Source: Leptonemataceae bacterium
Lineage (GTDB): Bacteria > Spirochaetota > Leptospiria > Leptospirales > Leptonemataceae
DNA: 64,000 nucleotides
Assembly: GCA_965227295.1 (NCBI GenBank)
Contig: OZ245742.1
Coordinates: forward strand, 832,001 to 896,000
Direction of reading: 5' to 3'
Below the pieces are notes generated by a model. The model did no database searches, was not told the origin of the DNA, and saw only the letters and a list, made by a program, of their open reading frames with translations. A program made the position numbers and the translations under genes. Position 1 is the stretch's first letter, and each line of letters starts with the position of its first letter. Shown here one piece after another: positions 54,804 to 61,860 of the stretch.

Positions 54804-57017
54804 GTGTTGCGCTACGCTTTGTTCCTGCTTCGATCGATCGTATTCGTGACCGCGGCGTCCTGTCTCGTTTCCTGCGGCCAGGACGTCCTCGCGGAGGTCG
54901 ACAGCCACCACGACAACGTCAGCAATGAGCAGCGCTGGCTGGAACAATACCGTCTCCCGGAAAAACTCGGTGCGCCCCTGGCCGGCTTTCCGAACGTCCG
55001 CCGGGACACCGCCGGCACCCCCCGGGGCGAACTGGCAGCCCGCTTGCGCCAGGCCGGTTTCTTAGCTTACGACGGCCGCAAGTTACTGCTGCACGAAGAA
55101 AGCGACGACGATGATCACGAGTCCTTCGATCCCTCCGAGGGTTCCGGCACTTTCTGGACCGGCCGCTTCCGCCCCATCTTTGCAAGACCAATAAAGCTCC
55201 CGAGCGGCAAAGACGGCGTCGCCGTCTCGCTGCGTTTTCGCGGAGTGTTGATCACGGACGACGGCGGCGAGTCGTACCGGTCCATGCCGGGTCTGCCGGA
55301 GCGCGCCGTATCCGTGGACCCCGGCAACACCGGCTTCGGTCCGAAGCTATATCGCGACGTCCTCGATCTCTGGCAAAACCAGCGGCGGCCGAATCAAATG
55401 GTCGCGCTGAACAAACACCACGTCCTGTTCACGGACGACGGCGGCGTTACGTTTCGTAAGATCAGTCTCGGCGGTGAATTCGATAAGGCCACCCTGAACA
55501 CGCTGACCGGCCGCACAAACGACGACGGCGAGATCAGCGAAATCTTTGTAGGCACCTACATTCGCGGCGTCGCGCGCTGCACGCCTGTGCGAGATTTCAC
55601 GGCCCTGCGCTGTCGCCAGCTCGCGAAAGGCATGCCCTTTCTGAAACACGAGCAGGGTTCGTACTTCATCGAAGAGGTCAGCGGCCTCGCCCTGGATCCT
55701 TCACGCGATCGGCTCTACGCCCTGTCTCGATTTCAGGCGGCGATCAACGTCCTTGACTTGAGCAACCGCGGTGAACGCTTTGAGAGTTTCCCGCTACCCG
55801 GCTTCGGCGGTGCCGATCATGCCGAGAGCCTGTGGTTCGACGCCGCCGGCGAAACGGCCTACATCGCGACAAACCGCGGCATCTACGTTTTTACGGCAGG
55901 CGACGGGAGCTTCCGCCACGTTCCCCATGATCGCATCTTTCCCGGTTACGACGAGGACCGTCCGGCGGAATTCCTGGCCACGACGGCCCGGGGCGAAGGA
56001 CGTCTCCTGCTGTCCCGCTATCTTTCGGAAACTCAGCACCGCACGCCCTCTAACTTACGAGCGTTGTATGTTAGCCCCACGTCCGTGCGCCGCAAACGCC
56101 GCACCGTCTTCGATCTCATCGACAACTACGGCTTCAATGCAGCCGTCATCGACGTCAAAGACGACTTCGGCCGACTGACATACGGCAGCGAACTGAAACT
56201 CGCGAAAGAGATGAACAACGCCCGGCGCCGCGTGGATGTACGCGGGCTGCTCAAACAACTGAAAGAACGCGGCGTGTATACCATTGCGCGGCAGGTGGTC
56301 TTCAAAGATCCGGTGCTCTTTCGTTACAAGAACAACGCCTACGCCATTCGGGACCGGCATCACGGCCGGCCCTGGGTCGGCAACGAGAAGGAACGCTGGG
56401 TGGACACCTACTCCAGCGAAGTCCACGATTACAACGTCAGTGTGGCTCAGGAGCTGGCGGAGATCGGCTTCGACGAAATCCAGTTCGACTACATCCGTTT
56501 TCCTTCGGACGGCCCCATCGGCCGTTGCCGCTGGTCGCACCGCCCGGGAGACGCTTACAAATCCGAGGCTCTGGAGAGTTTTCTCATGAAGGCGCGACGG
56601 GCCGTAACAAAGCCCATCTCCGTCGATATATACGGTTACCACGGCATCTATCGCGCGGGCACGGTGATCGGCCAGGACCTGATCGACGTCGGCGAGTTCG
56701 TGGACGTGGTCTCCCCCATGCATTACTCATCGCACTTCGGCAATCGTTACCTGGATCATTTCCCCAAAGACGTGCGCGCGTACGAACTTCTCAAGCTGGG
56801 CAGCGAACGCCCGCTGCGGATGACCCAGGGTCGCGTGCAGATTCGTCCCTGGGTCCAGGCCTTTCGCATGAAGATTTCCATTTGGGGCTACGGTGAACCG
56901 TACATGCGCAACCAGATTCTTGGCTCCGTGCGCGGCGGCGCCGACGGCTTTCTGTGGTGGGGCCCGATCAAAGAGTTTTATATTCCCGGCCGCGTCCACA
57001 TTGAACTACAAAAGTAA
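54804..57017 (+). CDS. Lipoprotein with Asp-box beta-propeller and DUF4015 putative glycoside hydrolase domain
   Basis: Lipobox LVSC; TDDGGESY and TDDGGVTF Asp boxes; AAVIDVKDDFG, FDEIQFDYIRFP, SPMHYSSH, RPWVQAF. Confidence 0.8.
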   Translation: MLRYALFLLRSIVFVTAASCLVSCGQDVLAEVDSHHDNVSNEQRWLEQYRLPEKLGAPLAGFPNVRRDTAGTPRGELAARLRQAGFLAYDGRKLLLHEESDDDDHESFDPSEGSGTFWTGRFRPIFARPIKLPSGKDGVAVSLRFRGVLITDDGGESYRSMPGLPERAVSVDPGNTGFGPKLYRDVLDLWQNQRRPNQMVALNKHHVLFTDDGGVTFRKISLGGEFDKATLNTLTGRTNDDGEISEIFVGTYIRGVARCTPVRDFTALRCRQLAKGMPFLKHEQGSYFIEEVSGLALDPSRDRLYALSRFQAAINVLDLSNRGERFESFPLPGFGGADHAESLWFDAAGETAYIATNRGIYVFTAGDGSFRHVPHDRIFPGYDEDRPAEFLATTARGEGRLLLSRYLSETQHRTPSNLRALYVSPTSVRRKRRTVFDLIDNYGFNAAVIDVKDDFGRLTYGSELKLAKEMNNARRRVDVRGLLKQLKERGVYTIARQVVFKDPVLFRYKNNAYAIRDRHHGRPWVGNEKERWVDTYSSEVHDYNVSVAQELAEIGFDEIQFDYIRFPSDGPIGRCRWSHRPGDAYKSEALESFLMKARRAVTKPISVDIYGYHGIYRAGTVIGQDLIDVGEFVDVVSPMHYSSHFGNRYLDHFPKDVRAYELLKLGSERPLRMTQGRVQIRPWVQAFRMKISIWGYGEPYMRNQILGSVRGGADGFLWWGPIKEFYIPGRVHIELQK

Positions 57018-57072
57018 CTTGCGGATTCCTCCCGCCCGGATCTCCATGGATCTACAAATATTAACACACTGA

Positions 57073-57101
57073 AACATTTTACGAATCATCCGTAAAATGT
57101 T
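57073..57101. promoter_or_regulatory. AT-rich 11-bp inverted repeat (operator-like) upstream of desaturase
   Basis: AACATTTTACG-N7-CGTAAAATGTT. Confidence 0.5.
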
Positions 57102-57167
57102 CGCGCCTCATCCTTTGGGACTATTGTGATGTAGCGCCATCCAACTACATCTCTCCGGAGTTGAGAG

Positions 57168-58079
57168 ATGTTCAGCAGGCAAACGGTATACTACACCGGC
57201 TACCTCGGCGGAGCCCTGTGGCCGCTCGCGGTGGCTCTTTATGCGTGTTTTTACATGTCCGTGATCGACGACAACGCCGGGCCGGCCGCGGTGCGAGACG
57301 GGATCGAGCCGGCCCTTCTCACGCTGATCTTTCTTCTTTTAACGTTAGCGTGGGAGCGCGCCATGCCTTACCGGCGACGCTGGAATCGCCTGGGACGTCG
57401 TGAGTTCCAGGACTGGTTACACTATTTCACGGCGGTCCTGCCGGCGGAAAGCCTCGGCCGTCATCTGGCCTATGCGGTTGTTCCTGTAATTCTCTGGCAG
57501 GTCCTCCCGGACCACGGCGGAGTCTGGCCGCGCGAATGGCCTGTGGCCGTTCAGGTAGTGCTCGGTATCCTGTTGTTCGACCTGGTTTACTACTGGTATC
57601 ACCGGTTGACGCATACGAAGCTATGGCTGTGGCCGCTGCATCACCTGCATCATACGCCGCGCTATCTCATTGTCACCAGGGGCTTTCGCCACACATTCCC
57701 GGAGTGGGGCCTGGATGTCCTGCTGCACACGTCCGCCTTCCTGCTCGTGGGCATGCCGGATCGGATTGCCCTGTGGGTTACAGCCGTCACGCTGCCCATC
57801 GGCATCCTGTCCCATGCGAACGTACGCTTGCCCGTACCGGCGATTATTCCCCGCATCTTCAATTTGCCGCAGACCCATCGCGTGCATCACGATCGCTCGC
57901 TCCACGGCGGCCTGTCGAATTATTCTGGTTTTTTTATGATCTGGGACCACGTCTTCGGAACGTTCGTGGACCCGGGGCGGTACCGGCCCAAACGTTTGGG
58001 CATCACCGGTTACCGGACGCCGCGCAGTTTCTGGAAGCAGTACTGGTCGTTCGTCTACGGTGTGAACCGCAGCTCTTGA
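57168..58079 (+). CDS. Sterol desaturase / fatty acid hydroxylase family protein
   Basis: His boxes HRLTH, HHLHH, SHAN, HRVHH and WDHVFGT. Confidence 0.92.
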   Translation: MFSRQTVYYTGYLGGALWPLAVALYACFYMSVIDDNAGPAAVRDGIEPALLTLIFLLLTLAWERAMPYRRRWNRLGRREFQDWLHYFTAVLPAESLGRHLAYAVVPVILWQVLPDHGGVWPREWPVAVQVVLGILLFDLVYYWYHRLTHTKLWLWPLHHLHHTPRYLIVTRGFRHTFPEWGLDVLLHTSAFLLVGMPDRIALWVTAVTLPIGILSHANVRLPVPAIIPRIFNLPQTHRVHHDRSLHGGLSNYSGFFMIWDHVFGTFVDPGRYRPKRLGITGYRTPRSFWKQYWSFVYGVNRSS

Positions 58080-58410
58080 ATTACCGGAAACGTTCGGGTA
58101 AGTCGCGCACGCCCCGAATCGTGGTGTAAGTGACGGCCAGTGTATATTAAGACTTTTATGGGCACGGCTGGTTCCAGGCGACCACGGAGGTTATGCCGGG
58201 GAATGTGGTAAAGCGCACCGGCAGAATTCTCGCTTCAGCGAGATTTCTGAACCGCCGGCTTTCCGCATCGGCGGAAAGCATAAGTCCCCGGCGTCTTCGT
58301 TGCAAGAAACGCTGCGGTAGCCGAGTCGCAAACCGACGTCCGGGTCGAACGCAGCATTCTTAACAAAACGAAAACCCACAACTCCCGCTTCGCCGTAGCC
58401 CAAAAAAAGA
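58078..58410 (+). ncRNA. Candidate large structured ncRNA, copy 1 (with 67-nt two-hairpin expansion)
   Basis: Nested helices CCCCG/CGGGG, CGTGGT/ACCACG, GGCCAG/CTGGTT, GCGT/ACGC, TGCGG/TCGCA; G-U pairs favour the + strand; ends approximate. Confidence 0.55.
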
Positions 58411-58469
58411 CTGAACGATGCGGCTACACACTTAATCTTTCTCAAGATCCGCCACGAACCGCAGTTCTT

Positions 58470-58740
58470 GAACTACCGGAAACGCTCAAGTAGTTCGCGC
58501 ACGCCCCGGATCGTGGTGTAAGTGACGGCCAGTGTACATTAAGCCTTTTATGGGCACGGCTGGTTCCAGGCGACCACGGAGGTTATGCCGGGGAATGTGG
58601 TAAAGCGCACCGGAACGGCGTCTTCGTTGCAAGAAACGCTGCGGTAGCTGAGTCGCACAACCAGCGTCCGGGTCGAGCGCTGCATTCTTAACAAAACAAA
58701 AAACCACAACTCCCGCTCAGCTGTAGCAAAAAAAGTCCTT
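58470..58740 (+). ncRNA. Candidate large structured ncRNA, copy 2 (compact form)
   Basis: Same helices as copy 1; expansion replaced by CCG-GAA-CGG; ends approximate. Confidence 0.55.
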
Positions 58741-58835
58741 TTACGACTACGCAACTTGTTTCATGTTTCTCGCGGCGACGGTTACGAACCGCGGCTCTTG
58801 AATTACCGGAAACATTTTTGTTTGATGGTGTACGT

Positions 58836-59384
58836 TTACACGGCCACGCGTTCCGTAGCGGCCGTGTCGAGTTCCTCGTTGAATCCGAAGAGACGCGGAT
58901 CCTTAAGACGATCGATATAAAGAACACCCTCCAGGTGATCGCATTCGTGCTGATAGACGACGGCATCGAAGCCCTCGATGATTTCGTCGTGGAACTCTTC
59001 GTCTTCGTCGTACCACTTCAGCCGGATGCGGCGCGGACGCTCCACGTAACCGCGCATTCCGGGAACGGACAGGCAGCCTTCCCAGAATCCCTCGCCGGCT
59101 TCTTCAAGTTGTTCGATCTCGGGGTTGATCAGAATCTTGTGCTCGATGCCGTTGCCGTTCAGCTCCGGGTAACGATCGCTGCGGTCGAAGCCGACCACCA
59201 CAACGCGCTTGAGCACGCCGATCTGAGGAGCCGCCAGGCCGAGGCCGTGAGCATCCTCCATGGTATCGAACATGTCACGGATGAGCTTTTTGATCTCTTT
59301 GCTGCGAATCTCCGTCACCGGAACCGGTTCGGATTTCTTGCGGAGCAGCGGATCGCCTGCGCGCAGAATCTTACGGACTGCCAT
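58836..59384 (-). CDS. def: Peptide deformylase
   Basis: [24 protein letters not shown]. Confidence 0.97.
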   Translation of the reverse strand: MAVRKILRAGDPLLRKKSEPVPVTEIRSKEIKKLIRDMFDTMEDAHGLGLAAPQIGVLKRVVVVGFDRSDRYPELNGNGIEHKILINPEIEQLEEAGEGFWEGCLSVPGMRGYVERPRRIRLKWYDEDEEFHDEIIEGFDAVVYQHECDHLEGVLYIDRLKDPRLFGFNEELDTAATERVAV

Positions 59385-59396
59385 AATATAGATGAT

Positions 59397-60197
59397 CTAA
59401 TCCGACGTCCCATCGCCGACGATCAATTTTTTTATGGATTTGAGCCAGCGCGCGACCGTGTGCAGCGGCCCGGCCGAACGATGGGCGGCCAGGAACTGTT
59501 CCATGGCCGCGTTCACGAGTTCCGGTTCCTCGCCGTGAGGGCTGTGGCCGAGATGTCCGTAGCGAAGCAGGCGACTCCCGCGCAGATTCTCGCTGAGATA
59601 CTCCCCGGACGCCGACGTGCGCCACGGATCTTCGTCTCCGGCGATCAGAAAGATCGGCACCGGCGCATCCGTCGGTTGCGGCGCTCCGGCGTGACGCAGC
59701 GCCCGCAAATAGGCCAGGGCGGCCTGGCCGCGCAGGTTGGCCCGGGCCTCCCGGAGACGGGGTATCCAGGGTTCGCCCCGACCCGCGGGGTCGGCCAGCA
59801 TCGGGAACAACCAGTTCAGGAACGGCAGGGCGGTGGCGAACGCGGCGAGGCGACGAAACCGTTCCAGGCGATAGATCGGGCAGATGAGGATCAAGGCTGA
59901 GACATGCTGCGGATTCAAGGCCGCGTAGCGCAGGGCCAGCAGGGCGCCGACACCGTGAGCGACAATCGGCATGGGCAGTTCATGGCCGGCGAGAAACCTT
60001 CCCAGTTCGGTCAGGTTTAAGTCGACAGCGGGTTGACCGAACGGCAACTCAGGTCCGCCGGGATGCCCGGCCAGCCGATAATAAAGGCAATGATAGTGTC
60101 GCTCAAAGTAGGTAGCCTGGGTGGCCCAGTCTTCTTCCGGATTCGTATACCAATCGTGAACGAAAAGGAGCGGGCGGTCCGGCGGCGACTGGGTCAT
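59397..60197 (-). CDS. Alpha/beta-hydrolase-fold protein lacking the nucleophile
   Basis: LLFVHDW, LAGH, elbow VAHGVGA (Gly at the Ser position), LIAGDEDP, GHSPH..PE. Confidence 0.8.
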   Translation of the reverse strand: MTQSPPDRPLLFVHDWYTNPEEDWATQATYFERHYHCLYYRLAGHPGGPELPFGQPAVDLNLTELGRFLAGHELPMPIVAHGVGALLALRYAALNPQHVSALILICPIYRLERFRRLAAFATALPFLNWLFPMLADPAGRGEPWIPRLREARANLRGQAALAYLRALRHAGAPQPTDAPVPIFLIAGDEDPWRTSASGEYLSENLRGSRLLRYGHLGHSPHGEEPELVNAAMEQFLAAHRSAGPLHTVARWLKSIKKLIVGDGTSD

Positions 60198-60271
60198 GGG
60201 CCTGGGCTTTCATGTACTCGAAGCGGTACGTGGATGCGATCATCAGGATGGATGACGCAAGTGAGCGACTG

Positions 60272-60344
<73 letters not shown>

Positions 60345-60496
60345 GGTCGTCCGGGTAGAATTTTTGGAGGCCCCGGTTTGTCAATTGAATTGCGTATGAT
60401 GCAGACCGGTGTGCCGGAATCTACATTCGCCGGCTAACGACTGTCCCTGTAAAACTGCTTGAACCGGGTAGGTTCAGGTCTAAAAAAGTAACTAAT

Positions 60497-61855
60497 TTGG
60501 ATCTTACGGTACTTATCGCGGTCGCCTTCCTGGTGCTGCTCCTCGCGGCGGCCGGGTACTATGTGTACCTGTCCATGGCCGGCCCCCGCAAGATTGAAGA
60601 GATCGAGCGGCTCATCAAACAGAACCGCATTCGCGAAGCCCTCTTCGAACTGGAGAAGGTACTGGAGCGCGACGACCGCAACATGCGGGCGCACTTTCTC
60701 GCGGCACGCTGTCACCTGCGCAACAACGCCGCCGGTAAAGCCATCCTCTCGCTCCGCCAGTGCCTTAAGATTGCGAAGTACTCGCCCGAGGTCAGCGAAG
60801 CCGCCGTGCGCCGCCTCCTCGCCCAGTGTCTGGTGGCCATGGGCAATCATTCCGAGGCCAAGAACGAGTACCTCATCCTCACGCAATTAGAGCCGACCGT
60901 CTACGAGCACTTCTATCACGTCGGTGAGATCTTCTTTCGCGCCGGCGTCCACGTGAAGGCGTTGCAGTTCTTAAAAAAAGCAGTGTCGCTCAACCCGAAG
61001 CATGCGGACTCGCTGGCCCTGGTCGGCCAGTGCGAGTACCATCAAAATGCGTATCAGGAAGCGAAGCAGGCCCTGGCCCAGGCCGTGCAGCTCAAGCCCG
61101 ATCACACGGTAGCGCACTACTTCCTCGGACTCACGTTGCGCTACCTCGGTGACGCCGAGTGGGCGGTCAAAGAATTTGAAAAGGCCGAGAAAGACGACGG
61201 CCTCAAAGAAAAAGCCATCCTCGCCAAGGGCATGGCACTCATCGATCTCGAAGCGTATCCGCGCGCGATTATGGAACTACAGCGCGGGCTGAAGCTAACG
61301 AAAGTCGGCTCCGAAACGATGATCAACATGAACTATCTGCTGGCGCTGGCGGCGGAGCGCACCCGGGATCTGGGCACGGCCATTCAACACTGGGAAATCA
61401 TCGAAAAACTGCGGCCTGGTTACCGCGACGTACGGGATAAGCTCAAGCAGTACTCGGAGTTTCGAACCGACGACGTCATCAAAGACTTCATGATCGCCAA
61501 CCGCGAGCAGTTCGAAGAGACGGGACGTTCCATGCTGGAAGGCCTGGGCTACAGCATCAGCGCGTGCAGCGTACTCAACGACACTTCCATGGAAGCGCTG
61601 GTCTACGACAACGACGGCAACAAACGCAATCTTCGTAAGTTCTACACGCTGATCCATATCCAGCGAGACATGACGCCGCTCAACGAACGCAGCGTGCGCG
61701 ACTTTCACGAAAGCATGCGCGAAAAGAACGCGTCCCGGGGCATCATCATGACTACCGGCGACGTCATGCCCCAGGCCTCCAACTTTGCGTCTTCACGGCC
61801 CATCGATATTTACGACGCCGCCAAAACGGCGGAGGCGCTGAAAGCCGGGAGCTAG
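60497..61855 (+). CDS. Membrane-anchored TPR protein with C-terminal Mrr-like restriction-endonuclease-fold domain
   Basis: N-terminal TM, multiple TPRs, then EQFEE...LEGLGY, VRDFHESM..NASRGIIMTTG..A.NFASSRPIDIYD (Mrr_cat pattern). Confidence 0.8.
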   Translation: MDLTVLIAVAFLVLLLAAAGYYVYLSMAGPRKIEEIERLIKQNRIREALFELEKVLERDDRNMRAHFLAARCHLRNNAAGKAILSLRQCLKIAKYSPEVSEAAVRRLLAQCLVAMGNHSEAKNEYLILTQLEPTVYEHFYHVGEIFFRAGVHVKALQFLKKAVSLNPKHADSLALVGQCEYHQNAYQEAKQALAQAVQLKPDHTVAHYFLGLTLRYLGDAEWAVKEFEKAEKDDGLKEKAILAKGMALIDLEAYPRAIMELQRGLKLTKVGSETMINMNYLLALAAERTRDLGTAIQHWEIIEKLRPGYRDVRDKLKQYSEFRTDDVIKDFMIANREQFEETGRSMLEGLGYSISACSVLNDTSMEALVYDNDGNKRNLRKFYTLIHIQRDMTPLNERSVRDFHESMREKNASRGIIMTTGDVMPQASNFASSRPIDIYDAAKTAEALKAGS

Positions 61856-61860
61856 GCACG

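Larger units (their letters stand above)
58064..58813. repeat. Tandem array: two diverged units (392 and 330 bp) plus a third 28-bp boundary repeat
   Basis: GAACCGCRGYTCTTGAAYTACCGGAAAC at 58064, 58456 and 58786; 119-nt core with only 3 differences between units. Confidence 0.95.

Noticed and set aside
58191-58754. Short minus-strand ORFs in the tandem element (58191-58445, 58486-58707, 58548-58754)
   Set aside because: Frames are not preserved between copies (net 65-nt indel), no recognisable motifs and no RBS.
58064-58813. CRISPR array (28-bp repeats)
   Set aside because: The intervening segments are over 300 nt and homologous to each other; no cas genes in the window.
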